A stretch of 49,630 nucleotides of DNA, from the NCBI GenBank assembly GCA_945883395.1, contig CAMCXP010000003.1, forward strand, positions 1-49,630, written 5' to 3'. The notes beneath the pieces are model-generated. The model was not told where the DNA came from and made no database searches. It was given only the letters and a program-made list of their open reading frames with translations. The translations under genes and the position numbers were made by a program. Below, piece by piece: positions 36,574 to 45,981 of the stretch. The stretch comes from Melioribacter roseus P3M-2 (GTDB lineage Bacteria > Bacteroidota > Ignavibacteria > Kapaibacteriales > Kapaibacteriaceae). Position 1 is the stretch's first letter; each line of letters begins with the position of its first letter.

Positions 36574-39500
36574 ATGCGCCTCCTTCGCATCATCGTCATC
36601 ATGCTCGTCTGCGTCAGCGGCGCACTCCACGCGCAGCGACAAGCAGAGAACTGGTATTTCGGCGAACTCGCCGGCATGAATGTGCGCTCGTCACCGCCGG
36701 TGATTCTCACCGACGGCGTGATGAATACCCGCGAAGGGTGCATCACGGTGTCTGATACGGCCGGACGGTTGCTGTTCTACTCCGATGGCTCGGATGTATG
36801 GACAAAGAATCATGTGAAGATGCCGGGTGGCGTTGGACTCTGGGGGTTTTCGTCGTCGACACAGTCGTGTATCGTGATTCCTTGGCCGGGGCGTCCATCG
36901 CGCTACTTCTTGGTCACAGTCGATGCGGTTGAACGCAGCTATGGCCGCGGCATCAGCTACTCTGTGGTCGACATGACGTTGAACGGCGGCAATGGCGATG
37001 TGCTGCTGTTGAATGTTCCGCTGCAACCGGGCGCATCAGAGAAGATCACGGCTGTGCGCCATGCTAACGGCGTTGATGCATGGCTTATCGGACATGAGAT
37101 TGGGACGAATACGTTCCTCGTCTACAGTGTTACGCGCAACGGCATCAACGCAACACCCGCGACGTATCGACTGGGTCCGGCGGTGCAGTTTGGCGATATC
37201 GGCTATCTGCGCTCGAATCCCCAAGGCACACGTCTTGCGATGGCAACATCAACGCCTGGTCGACTCTCGCTGTTTCGCTTCGATCGCGCAACAGGAGCAG
37301 TGTCTTCAGCAGTAACGCTTGCGCCAGAGCTCACCTATGGTGTGGAGTTCTCGCCGAACGGTTCGTTGCTCTACGCATCATCGTACTCAAGCACATCAAT
37401 CGACCAATACGATTGTTCTGTCGCCGATGCATCGATCCCCAGCACACGCATGTCGATCGGACGCTCTGGTGCGGTGGCGAACGGTGCTCTGCAGCTTGCA
37501 CCGAATGGTTGCATCTATCTCGCGCATGAAAACTCACCAACGATCAGCGAGATCGCACGTCCGAACGTGCGTGGCACGGGATGTCAATACCGCGATCGTG
37601 TTGTCGATCTCGGCGGACGCATGAGTCGACTCGGGTTGCCGAATATGTTTCCGGCTGTCTTCTCCAACGAAACAGTGTACGACATCGTCGTTGCTGACGG
37701 GTGCGTTGGCGATACGCTGGCGATGGTCGTGTCGCCAAAGGACTCTGCAACATCGGTACAGTGGGACTTCGGCGATCCCGCGTCGGGCTCGACGAATCGC
37801 TCGCGACAAAACCCAACGTCGCATGTGTATCGCACACCAGGGACGTACATCATCAAAGCAACCTTCCGTTCGTCATCGGGCAGTACGATGGAGCGCGAAG
37901 CAACTGTGAAGATCGGCGCGCGTCCTGCGATCTCCGCCGGACCCGACATCACGATTTGTAAGGGGCAGGTTGCGGCTCTCACCGTGCTTGGTAATGCAAC
38001 ATTCTCGTGGTCACCGGGATCAGTGCTCAACGATTCAACGTCTGCCAAACCGCGAGCAACGCTTACTAACACCACAACGTTTATCGTCACTGGGCGAAGT
38101 CCGGAAGGCTGTGCATCCTACGACACTGTCTCCGTAGTCGTTAATGAAGGCACGCTCACAACATCGCCCGACACCACGATCTGCGATGGGTCGAGCGCAA
38201 GCCTACGCGCATCGGGTGCATCCACCTATGAATGGTCGCCCGCGACGGGGTTAGACGACCCGCGAAGTGCAACGCCGCGTGCGCAACCTGCGCAGACAAC
38301 GCAGTACCGCGTGATTGGTCGAAGCGGAACATGCATCGACACTGCATTCATCACCGTCACCATCGCGCCACAGCCAACTGCGCGTATCATTCCTGCAGAC
38401 CCACATTCGTGTCCGGGCGTGCCGGTTGTGCTGGAAGCATCGGGGGGCGCTCGCTACCAATGGCTCCCATCGTCTGACATTACCGATCGCACTACTGCAC
38501 GTGTAACTGTTGCGCCGCAAACCACAACCACGTACACCGTTGTGGTGTTCTCTGCTGAAGGATGTGTCGACACAGCCAGTGTGACCGTGCGTGTTGGCGG
38601 AAGCATCAGCGTTGATGTGCCGCGCGACACCGCAGTATGTGCAGGCACCGATCTCACGCTCACGTGCACCACACCGGGCAATGTGCAATGGATCGATCGC
38701 TCGAGCGGACTCGTGCTGCCGGGAGCAACGGTGACGATTACCGCCACGGCCAGTACATGGATTGACGTCATCGTCGAAAACAACGGATGCAGCGGACGTG
38801 ATAGCATGCGTGTGGATGTGATTCCACCGCCGCCACTGCAAGCTCGCGCCGACACAACGATTTGTATTGGCGACACCATCACGTTGTGGGCACGTGGTGC
38901 CGAGCGCTACGCGTGGACGCCCACCACGAGTCTGGCAGCAGCCAATCAAGCAAGCACCAGCGCATGGCCTGTGCGAACAACAACGTATGTGGTGCAAGGA
39001 TGGGACGCACGTGGATGCACTGTGGTCGACTCGGTAACGGTCACTGTTGTACCGCCACAGGCAGTGCAAGTGCGGTCTGAAACGATAGTGAGTGCAACCG
39101 GCGGACAGATCCGTGTGCCGATCCAAAGTGACAGTCAGAACCCACTCATAGGTCCACTCGTCCTCACACTACGCATCCGCGAGGATGTTGCCGAGGTCAG
39201 CGTCGTCCCGCACCCGAACGTCACACGCGTTACGCGCACCAGCGCCGGAGGCGTTGCGATCATTACCATCGAACTTTCGCAGAGCGTCGCGCCACCGGTA
39301 TTTGTTGAGCTCGATGTGCGCATGCTCCTCACGGGTGTCAACGATCGTGCAATCCTTGTGAACGCGCAGGTAGGGGGCTCGTGTAGCACACCAGGTGATG
39401 CGACGATTGGAATCACCGCGCAGCAGTGTGCCAGTTCGGCCCGCGTTGTGAGCATTGGCGCCAGCGGACCCCGCATGCTTGATGTACTGCAAACCAGTGA

Positions 39501-39729
39501 TCACACATTGACCGTCGTGTGGTCGAGCAGCGCCATCGGACGTCACGACATCAGTATCATTAATGTGCAAGGGGCTACCATGTGCGCCACATCGTGGTCG
39601 CGCGTTGTGCGCGACGCGCAGACATCAACCGTCAGCTTCGCGACCGACCATCTCGCATCAGGCATGTACCTCGCATGCCTTGTCACTGCCGAGGGGGCTC
39701 TCTACGTCCCGGTGATGGTCCAGAAATGA
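36574..39729 (+). CDS. T9SS-secreted protein: beta-propeller, PKD, Ig-like stalk repeats, cohesin-like domain, CTD
   Basis: AQRQAENWYFG, SDTAGRLLFYSDG, YGVEFSPNG, LQLAPNG, LGLPN; PKD WDFGD...HVY..PG.Y; WSP..GL....P.A.P..TT.Y repeats; tail INVQG...LASGMY. Confidence 0.87.
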   Translation: MRLLRIIVIMLVCVSGALHAQRQAENWYFGELAGMNVRSSPPVILTDGVMNTREGCITVSDTAGRLLFYSDGSDVWTKNHVKMPGGVGLWGFSSSTQSCIVIPWPGRPSRYFLVTVDAVERSYGRGISYSVVDMTLNGGNGDVLLLNVPLQPGASEKITAVRHANGVDAWLIGHEIGTNTFLVYSVTRNGINATPATYRLGPAVQFGDIGYLRSNPQGTRLAMATSTPGRLSLFRFDRATGAVSSAVTLAPELTYGVEFSPNGSLLYASSYSSTSIDQYDCSVADASIPSTRMSIGRSGAVANGALQLAPNGCIYLAHENSPTISEIARPNVRGTGCQYRDRVVDLGGRMSRLGLPNMFPAVFSNETVYDIVVADGCVGDTLAMVVSPKDSATSVQWDFGDPASGSTNRSRQNPTSHVYRTPGTYIIKATFRSSSGSTMEREATVKIGARPAISAGPDITICKGQVAALTVLGNATFSWSPGSVLNDSTSAKPRATLTNTTTFIVTGRSPEGCASYDTVSVVVNEGTLTTSPDTTICDGSSASLRASGASTYEWSPATGLDDPRSATPRAQPAQTTQYRVIGRSGTCIDTAFITVTIAPQPTARIIPADPHSCPGVPVVLEASGGARYQWLPSSDITDRTTARVTVAPQTTTTYTVVVFSAEGCVDTASVTVRVGGSISVDVPRDTAVCAGTDLTLTCTTPGNVQWIDRSSGLVLPGATVTITATASTWIDVIVENNGCSGRDSMRVDVIPPPPLQARADTTICIGDTITLWARGAERYAWTPTTSLAAANQASTSAWPVRTTTYVVQGWDARGCTVVDSVTVTVVPPQAVQVRSETIVSATGGQIRVPIQSDSQNPLIGPLVLTLRIREDVAEVSVVPHPNVTRVTRTSAGGVAIITIELSQSVAPPVFVELDVRMLLTGVNDRAILVNAQVGGSCSTPGDATIGITAQQCASSARVVSIGASGPRMLDVLQTSDHTLTVVWSSSAIGRHDISIINVQGATMCATSWSRVVRDAQTSTVSFATDHLASGMYLACLVTAEGALYVPVMVQK

Positions 39730-39756
39730 AAAACGCCACCCAAAGGGCGGCGTTTT
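39730..39756. terminator. Bidirectional terminator between the PKD gene and tRNA-Thr
   Basis: AAAACGCCACCC-aaa-GGGCGGCGTTTT. Confidence 0.8.
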
Positions 39757-39758
39757 GA

Positions 39759-39834
39759 TGGAGCCAACTATCGGACTTGAACCGATGACCTGCTGATTAC
39801 AAATCAGCTGCTCTACCAGCTGAGCTAAGTTGGC
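39759..39834 (-). tRNA. tRNA-Thr (TGT)
   Basis: GCCAACT/AGTTGGC acceptor, anticodon arm GCTGA-TTTGTAA-TCAGC, GGTTCAAGTCC, encoded CCA. Confidence 0.97.
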
Positions 39835-39851
39835 GACCCGATTTGGGAGCA

Positions 39852-39882
39852 CAAAAATACAAAAGGTCGGGTTTAAAACAAC
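39852..39882 (-). promoter_or_regulatory. tRNA-Thr promoter: GTTG-N19-TATTTTTG
   Basis: Bacteroidota-like -33/-7 boxes with the same 19-nt spacing as the tRNA-Lys promoter. Confidence 0.7.
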
Positions 39883-40472
39883 TCCGGCGCTACAGCTTCT
39901 TCGATCATTTCGCACCAGATGTGGCCAATCAGAATGTGCGACTCCTGAATGCGGGCCGTGACGGTGGATGGGACGACGACCGAATGGTGACACAACGCAC
40001 GGAGTGTTCCGCCGCTGCCGCCGAGCAGACCGATGGTGGTTACGCCTTGCGTGGTGGCTTGTTCGACCGCACGGACAATGTTGGATGACGTCCCGCTGGT
40101 GCTAATTGCTACCAGGACATCCCCGGGTTGACCGAAGGCTTCGACCTGACGTGCGAAGATGTTGTCGAATCCGTAGTCGTTGCCGCCTGCCGTGAGCACG
40201 CTGGTGTCGACCGTGAGTGCAAGCGCTGCTATGGCCCGACGTTCGACGCCGCTGCGCAAGCGGACAACAAGTTCGGCTGCGAGATGCTGACTATCAGCAG
40301 CACTGCCACCATTGCCACAGAAGAAGATGCGCTTGTTCGCAGCAGCACACGCCGCAAGTACTGCACCACACGCAGCGATGTCCGCCGTACAGGTTTCTGC
40401 AAGACGTTGCTTTGTTGCAATCGATTCGCCGATGATGTCAGCGATGCGCTGTTCGTTGAATGCTTCTGGCAT
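39873..40472 (-). CDS. gmhA: Phosphoheptose isomerase (D-sedoheptulose-7-phosphate isomerase)
   Basis: CGNGGSAADSQHLAAE, TAGGNDYG, FARQVEA, ISTSG, TARIQESH. Confidence 0.93.
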   Translation of the reverse strand: MPEAFNEQRIADIIGESIATKQRLAETCTADIAACGAVLAACAAANKRIFFCGNGGSAADSQHLAAELVVRLRSGVERRAIAALALTVDTSVLTAGGNDYGFDNIFARQVEAFGQPGDVLVAISTSGTSSNIVRAVEQATTQGVTTIGLLGGSGGTLRALCHHSVVVPSTVTARIQESHILIGHIWCEMIEEAVAPELF

Positions 40473-41301
40473 GCAGCAAATTACGCGTCACAACGGCTCC
40501 GACAACGATGATGCCCCCAACAATTGCTGTCTGCGAGGGTACTTCGCCATGCCCAAGGCCAACCCAGATAGGGTTCAACAGGGGCTCAATCACCGTAATG
40601 AGCACGGCTTCGAGCGCCGTGACGTAGCGCATGGCCCATGCATACAGGATGTAGGAGATTCCGAGCTGCACCACACCGAGCAAGACAAGGTTGACCATGA
40701 CCGATGGCTCTGGGGCGAAGGGCGTGATGAAGGGGATGCAGACGAGTGCAGTGAGGATGTTGCCGAAGAGGATACTCTCCATGTTCGATGTGCCTCGCTG
40801 CGCACGCATGAAGAGCGCTACACCTGCAAACGCAATTCCACTGGCGATGGCAACAGCGTCGCCAACGATCGTGCCGCCCTCAAGCGAGTCGAGGAAGAAC
40901 ACGCCCATGCCAAGCACCACAGCACACACGGAGATGATGTCGATCCGCGAGATGCGCTCGCGCGCAACAAGCCAACTGAGCAGACTTACCCACACAGGTG
41001 CGGTGTACTGGAGGAAGATGGCATTCGCAGCCGTCGTGAGCTTGGTGGCAGAGACGAAGAGGATGACGGTGAGTGCGTAGGAGACGATGCTGCCGATCTG
41101 CGCGCGCGACCATGTGGGCGCAACACGACGGTTCCATGCGAAGATGACGAGTGCTGCGATGGCACTGCGTGCACCGGCAATGGTGAGTGCATCAAGCGGT
41201 ATGCTCTTGATGAAGAACCCACCGGTGCTCCACAGGATGGCACACAACGTAAGCGCGAGGAGTGCCCGCGTGTGCAGCGTTGCGGATTGCTCCTGACTCA
41301 T
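40438..41301 (-). CDS. EamA/DMT-family transporter
   Basis: 10 TM, LWSTGG, ATKLTTAANAIFLQYTAP, IEPLLNPIWV...GE.P. Confidence 0.92.
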   Translation of the reverse strand: MSQEQSATLHTRALLALTLCAILWSTGGFFIKSIPLDALTIAGARSAIAALVIFAWNRRVAPTWSRAQIGSIVSYALTVILFVSATKLTTAANAIFLQYTAPVWVSLLSWLVARERISRIDIISVCAVVLGMGVFFLDSLEGGTIVGDAVAIASGIAFAGVALFMRAQRGTSNMESILFGNILTALVCIPFITPFAPEPSVMVNLVLLGVVQLGISYILYAWAMRYVTALEAVLITVIEPLLNPIWVGLGHGEVPSQTAIVGGIIVVGAVVTRNLLHARSIQRTAHR

Positions 41302-42161
41302 CGCAGGAATTGTGCGCTGCGCGATGATGCAACGATCATGTCCATACGCGCGTTGCCCTGGGACATGCTCACTGTTTGACGACTGCTCGTGGAGAGCGCT
41401 TCGGCAGGGTAGCGATTGTCGAGCGGTACCGTGAGCGAGATGTCAGCAACGAAGGTCGACTTCGATGGCATGTCGCCAAACCGCAACGTGAACGTCGGTG
41501 CTTCGGCCCGCGCCGTGATTGTTGCCGTTGGCAGTGATCCCGATGAATCGATCGATGCAAAGGTGACGGTGCCGGTGAGTTTCTTCATTGCGCCGGAGAG
41601 TACCGGACCAAGCACCTTGCGGAAGGCGGGGATGTTCATCTTCCACGTCGCGCCAAGCGCAACGGCCTTCGCAGGGTCCATCAACTTACTGGTTTCTGTG
41701 CCCCCTTCACTTTTGACAACTTCACTGAGCAGTGCTTGGACGTCGTCGCTGACGGGTGCATTGTCGACGGTGAACACGCTACCAGAATCGGAGAACCAGC
41801 AGCGCACCTTGGTGCCTGTTGGAAGCACATCAATGGTGTCGGTAAGCGTGAGCTTGCGGAAGTCGCGGATCACGAGATTCTTTTCCTTCTCCTGTCCGTT
41901 GACAGTTACGCTGACAACGTTGCACTGCGCCGAAAGAACGACTTCGCGGTAATCGACGGAGTCGCCGCGCTGCATGTCCTCGATGTAGACCTTGGTCTCG
42001 TTGCGTGTTACAGCACGCGTGTTGAGGAGGTACCGATCGTACTCCTTGATCTTGCGACCAAGCTTGAGATCATAGGGCTTGAGGAGCTGTGCCGATGCGC
42101 CAACGCATCCGATGAGGAGTGCGATGACGAGGAGAAACTTAAAACAACGTTGATTCTGCAT
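41298..42161 (-). CDS. Secreted hypothetical protein
   Basis: Signal peptide MQNQRCFKFLLVIALLIGCVGASA-Q; beta-rich; ATGA-coupled to the EamA gene; start moved to 42161. Confidence 0.75.
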   Translation of the reverse strand: MQNQRCFKFLLVIALLIGCVGASAQLLKPYDLKLGRKIKEYDRYLLNTRAVTRNETKVYIEDMQRGDSVDYREVVLSAQCNVVSVTVNGQEKEKNLVIRDFRKLTLTDTIDVLPTGTKVRCWFSDSGSVFTVDNAPVSDDVQALLSEVVKSEGGTETSKLMDPAKAVALGATWKMNIPAFRKVLGPVLSGAMKKLTGTVTFASIDSSGSLPTATITARAEAPTFTLRFGDMPSKSTFVADISLTVPLDNRYPAEALSTSSRQTVSMSQGNARMDMIVASSRSAQFLR

Positions 42162-43512
42162 ATCTGCGAATGTAGGCCTTAACGTCGAACTTCTTTGCGC
42201 ATCCGTTGGCATTCATGTAGCGAATCTTGCCGTAGACGGGACGTTCAAACCAGGCGCGATCGTGCACGCCCCCTATGCTCCATGCTACGCCAACGTATCC
42301 GTTCGGATCACGTCCGTCGAGCGCATACGTGTCGTTGAGCGCAATGCCGATGGCAAGCGATTCTTCTGGTGATGCACTCCATTCGAGGATCTTCTTCGCC
42401 CAGTACATGCGCATGTATCCATGCAGTTTGCCGGTAGACAACAGCTCGCGCTGTGCGGCATTCCAGAGCTCATCGTGTGTTACTGCCTGCTGCCATTGCT
42501 CGAAGGTATACACGTACTGGCGTGGATCGTCCCGATGCTCGTTGAGTGACTTTTGCGCCCACGCTGCAAAGCCTTCAAAGGAGTCGTAGTTGGGATTGTA
42601 GAACGTGAAATTGTCGGAGAGTTCACGACGTACGATGAGTTCTTCGAGATAGGACTCAACTGGACAGTCCTCAGCGCCTGTGCGTGGAAGACGATTCACC
42701 TCGAGCGCTGCACGCTGCGGCGCAAGCTGTCCGAAGTGGAAGTATGGCGACAAGTTCGACTGACCCGGCTTTGTGGGATCGTTGCGGTCTTGATAGCGTT
42801 CAATGTGTGCCGTGAAGGCATCCAGCAGTGCACGCCCTTGCTGCTCGCCCGGCGTAAGCCATGTGATGGGTGCAAGCGATGTGTCGACGCGCAGCGTTGA
42901 TCGAACGTGATTCCAATCCGTCGGCTGCGGCATGGCAGCAGGTGGGAATGGGTGACGCTCAATCGCTGGAAAATCCTCGAGGAACGTTGGCAACAGTCGC
43001 TTGATCTTCGGACGAATCGTGTACGCAGCAAACTCGAGCTTGGGTGAGCAATGCCATGCGGGGATCACGTTGTGCGCATCCACTTGATGCACCGCAACCG
43101 ACGTTGCAGCGCACACCGCATCAACCCATTGCGTCTTGATGCGAAGCGGTTCGAAGTCTGTGACAAGGAGCGATGGCGTCGTTGCTGCACAGTATGCAGG
43201 AACCTGTTCGCGTGGATCGCCGAGCAGCATCGTGAAGGCGATGTTGTGCGACGTGCAATCGCGCTCGAATTCCTCGAGTCCGCGCAGCATGAAGTCGTAC
43301 TGACGGAGCGTTGCACCAAGAAACTCGGGAACCAGGCAGAACACAACGTGCAACGGAACACGTCGTGCGATGGCGATCTCTTGTGCGTAGAGCAGTGCCC
43401 AATTGTCGCGGAGCCGTCGGTCGCGATTAACCCAGTAGACCACCGGACCCGAGCCTTGGGGTTCTGGGCGTTCAGGGGTGAGAATGCGGACGCGCTCCGG
43501 ACGAATACTCAT
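42139..43512 (-). CDS. phrB: Class II CPD DNA photolyase
   Basis: VYW.NRD.R..DNWAL, QVDAHNVIP, SNLSPYFHFGQ, EELIVRRELSDNF, GKLHGYMRMYWAKKILEW, DGRDPNGY. Confidence 0.95.
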   Translation of the reverse strand: MSIRPERVRILTPERPEPQGSGPVVYWVNRDRRLRDNWALLYAQEIAIARRVPLHVVFCLVPEFLGATLRQYDFMLRGLEEFERDCTSHNIAFTMLLGDPREQVPAYCAATTPSLLVTDFEPLRIKTQWVDAVCAATSVAVHQVDAHNVIPAWHCSPKLEFAAYTIRPKIKRLLPTFLEDFPAIERHPFPPAAMPQPTDWNHVRSTLRVDTSLAPITWLTPGEQQGRALLDAFTAHIERYQDRNDPTKPGQSNLSPYFHFGQLAPQRAALEVNRLPRTGAEDCPVESYLEELIVRRELSDNFTFYNPNYDSFEGFAAWAQKSLNEHRDDPRQYVYTFEQWQQAVTHDELWNAAQRELLSTGKLHGYMRMYWAKKILEWSASPEESLAIGIALNDTYALDGRDPNGYVGVAWSIGGVHDRAWFERPVYGKIRYMNANGCAKKFDVKAYIRRYAESTLF

Positions 43513-44276
43513 GATTTGATCTCAATTCCACCAAGGACTACCGTTGCGTCGATGATGAGTGTTGGGCCGATGACGTTCTCGTCGCGATACTTCCGCGTTT
43601 CGTCATCAATGCCACCAAGAATAGGTGTGCCCTTCACCGAGATGTTCCAATGCGGTGGTACACGAATCTCGATGCCACCCATCACGCATGTTGCTTCGAG
43701 CACGGCAAGGTTGCCGTCGATCTCCGCGCTGCGTAGGTCAATCTCGAGTCCGCCCATGATCGATGAAATCGAACCACCCTTGAACTGCTTGCTCACAACG
43801 CGTGTGCTTGAGCCGCCCATCAACGCGTTCGACTCTAGGTAGTCGCTCTCGTAGGGGAGTCCTTCGCCGTGTTCGTTTGTTGGTGCGGCCGTTGCTGATC
43901 GTGCACGACGCATCGTACCGCGCAGCAGGGAAAGTCCGCTCAGGATGAACACGATCGGCCAGAACGCACTCCAGAATCCATCAATGATGTCGAGTGAGCT
44001 CAGTTGCAGGAGAATGCCAACCGTGAAGAGAATCATGTTGCCGAGGAACGAACCATTGCGCGTTGCAACGCGGGCCAGTGCCCAGATCGCGAGGATCGAC
44101 GGCCACCACGTACGGAGGATGCCCCACACATCGAGGTCGATCACACGTGTGGTGTCGAGCAGGAGTCCGATGCCGAGGACAATGAAGATCAGACCAAACA
44201 CGATAGGACCAGCGGAGCTCCGCTTCGGAGCTACGTTGAACTGGTACATAAACGATGTGGGATTTTGAGGATCCAT
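43509..44276 (-). CDS. LiaF-like membrane protein (4-TM N-terminal domain plus DUF2154-like beta-solenoid)
   Basis: GLIFIVLGIGLLL...WWP.IL...FWPIVFILSG; C-terminal MGG repeats FKGGSISSIMGGLEIDL, MGGIEIRVPPHW, LGGI; SD GGAGG. Confidence 0.85.
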   Translation of the reverse strand: MDPQNPTSFMYQFNVAPKRSSAGPIVFGLIFIVLGIGLLLDTTRVIDLDVWGILRTWWPSILAIWALARVATRNGSFLGNMILFTVGILLQLSSLDIIDGFWSAFWPIVFILSGLSLLRGTMRRARSATAAPTNEHGEGLPYESDYLESNALMGGSSTRVVSKQFKGGSISSIMGGLEIDLRSAEIDGNLAVLEATCVMGGIEIRVPPHWNISVKGTPILGGIDDETRKYRDENVIGPTLIIDATVVLGGIEIKS

Positions 44277-44297
44277 CGCGTCCTCCAACAACGGTAG

Positions 44298-45515
44298 TTA
44301 GACAAGCGTTCCGCACTCGGCACAGTCGGGACATTCCGACGGCGAGGCGGCTTGTGTACGCTCGAACTCGGCAATAGTTGCGACTACTTCGCGGAGCTGC
44401 TCTTCGTTGAGCTCAGGGAAGATTGGAAGCGACAGTACCGTTGCCGCAAGACAGTTCGACACAGGGTAGTCGGCGTCGTTGAAGCCGTGCTGTGTAAAGC
44501 ACTCCTGACGGTGGAATGGCACAGGGTAGTAGACTTCCGACCCAATACCAGCCGCTTGGAGGTGTGCACGCAGTGCATCGCGATGTGCCGAGCGAATAGT
44601 GTACTGGTTGAAGATGTGCACATCGGGTGCGCCACCGGGATTCATCACTGCTGGGAGCAGGATGCGGTTGTGTTCGTCGAATTGTGTGTGACCGGGAGCT
44701 TGGCTCAGTCCGGCCTCAATGAAAAGACGCGTGTAGATGTCGGCGTTGCGACGTCGCGCGGCGTGCCAGGATGCAAGATGGGGGAGCTTCACGCGAAGCA
44801 CCGCGCCTTGCATTGCATCGAGACGGAAGTTGCCACCCATGATCTTGTGGTAGTAGCGTGGCTCCATGCCGTGGTTGCGGATCTGACGCAGACGCACATT
44901 CAGCTCGTCGCTATCTGTCGTGACCAGGCCACCGTCGCCAAATGCGCCCAAGTTCTTCGTTGGGTAGAACGAAAAACATCCGATGTGTCCAATTGATCCA
45001 ACGCGACGTCCGTCGGCGGTTTGTGTGCCGATTGCTTGTGCTGCATCCTCGATCACAGGGATGTTGTGCTCTGCCGCAATTGCCATTATGGCATCGATGT
45101 CGGCGGCCTGACCAAACAAGTGCACCGGAATGATCGCCTTTGTGCGTGGCGTGATCGCCTTGCGCACTGCTTCTGGGTCGATGTTGTAGCTCACGTGATC
45201 GACATCCACCAGCACAGGCGTTGCGCCAACACGTGCAACACAGCCAGCGGTCGCGAAGAACGAAAACGTTGGGATGATCACTTCGTCGCCCGGACCGATG
45301 TTGTAGGCCATCATGGCCATTAGCAGAGCATCGGTACCGCTCGATACGCCGATGGCGTGCTTGACGCCGAGATAGGCTTCGAGCTCGCGCTCCAATGCGT
45401 CTACTTCGGGTCCCAGAATGCTCACCTGCGACTCTGCAACGCGAATCAGTGCGGCGTCGATCTCGTGCTTGAGCGTGTGATACTGTAATTTGAGGTCAAG
45501 AAGCGGGACGGGCAT
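44298..45515 (-). CDS. DegT/DnrJ/EryC1/StrS PLP-dependent sugar aminotransferase
   Basis: PLLDLK.QY, GVSSGTDAL, PVHLFGQ, IEDAAQAIG, FSFYPTKNLGAFGDGG, GGNFRLD, LSLPIFP; start ATG 45515. Confidence 0.95.
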   Translation of the reverse strand: MPVPLLDLKLQYHTLKHEIDAALIRVAESQVSILGPEVDALERELEAYLGVKHAIGVSSGTDALLMAMMAYNIGPGDEVIIPTFSFFATAGCVARVGATPVLVDVDHVSYNIDPEAVRKAITPRTKAIIPVHLFGQAADIDAIMAIAAEHNIPVIEDAAQAIGTQTADGRRVGSIGHIGCFSFYPTKNLGAFGDGGLVTTDSDELNVRLRQIRNHGMEPRYYHKIMGGNFRLDAMQGAVLRVKLPHLASWHAARRRNADIYTRLFIEAGLSQAPGHTQFDEHNRILLPAVMNPGGAPDVHIFNQYTIRSAHRDALRAHLQAAGIGSEVYYPVPFHRQECFTQHGFNDADYPVSNCLAATVLSLPIFPELNEEQLREVVATIAEFERTQAASPSECPDCAECGTLV

Positions 45516-45531
45516 TGAGAACTCGAGAATC

Positions 45532-45981
45532 ATGCAACAGAATTCAACAAAAGTAGCGAGAACATCCCGACGCACGATGCTTATCAGCATTGGTGCGCTG
45601 CTGGCATCGTGGACAGGTGCTGAGGCACTTCGACGATTCCTTGCGCCCACAAGTGACGCATCGAGTCATGCCCACGATCTTGGACCACTCGATGGTGTCG
45701 TCGCCGACGGTGCACGCAAGGAGCTGACAATCGGCGGTACGCGCGTGCTGATTGCTCGGAGAGGCAATGACGTGCGCGTGCTCGACCTCACCTGTACCCA
45801 CGCTCGGTGTCCACTCGAGGTGCACCTGCCATCGAATCGTATTCGTTGTGCGTGTCATGGAGGAGCGTTCGATCTCGAGGGCAACGTCCTCAATGCGCCG
45901 CCTGTGCGCCCCCTTTCAACACATCAAGCCCGTGTCGTCAATGGCAACCTCTATGTGCGCATCCATCAGGAGCACACCTAA
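45532..45981 (+). CDS. Rieske 2Fe-2S protein with Tat-like N-terminal anchor
   Basis: SRR followed by a hydrophobic helix, RRFLAP; boxes CTHARC and CACHGG; GNVLNAPP.RPL. Confidence 0.9.
   Translation: MQQNSTKVARTSRRTMLISIGALLASWTGAEALRRFLAPTSDASSHAHDLGPLDGVVADGARKELTIGGTRVLIARRGNDVRVLDLTCTHARCPLEVHLPSNRIRCACHGGAFDLEGNVLNAPPVRPLSTHQARVVNGNLYVRIHQEHT

Noticed and set aside
39759-39761. Only one of the three tRNAs encodes CCA
   Set aside because: Common in bacteria that have a CCA-adding enzyme
40312-41379. 355-aa plus-strand ORF (and the similar 277-aa ORF at 10735-11568)
   Set aside because: Antisense to the EamA and acr3 membrane-protein genes; the charged composition is the usual mirror of hydrophobic codons
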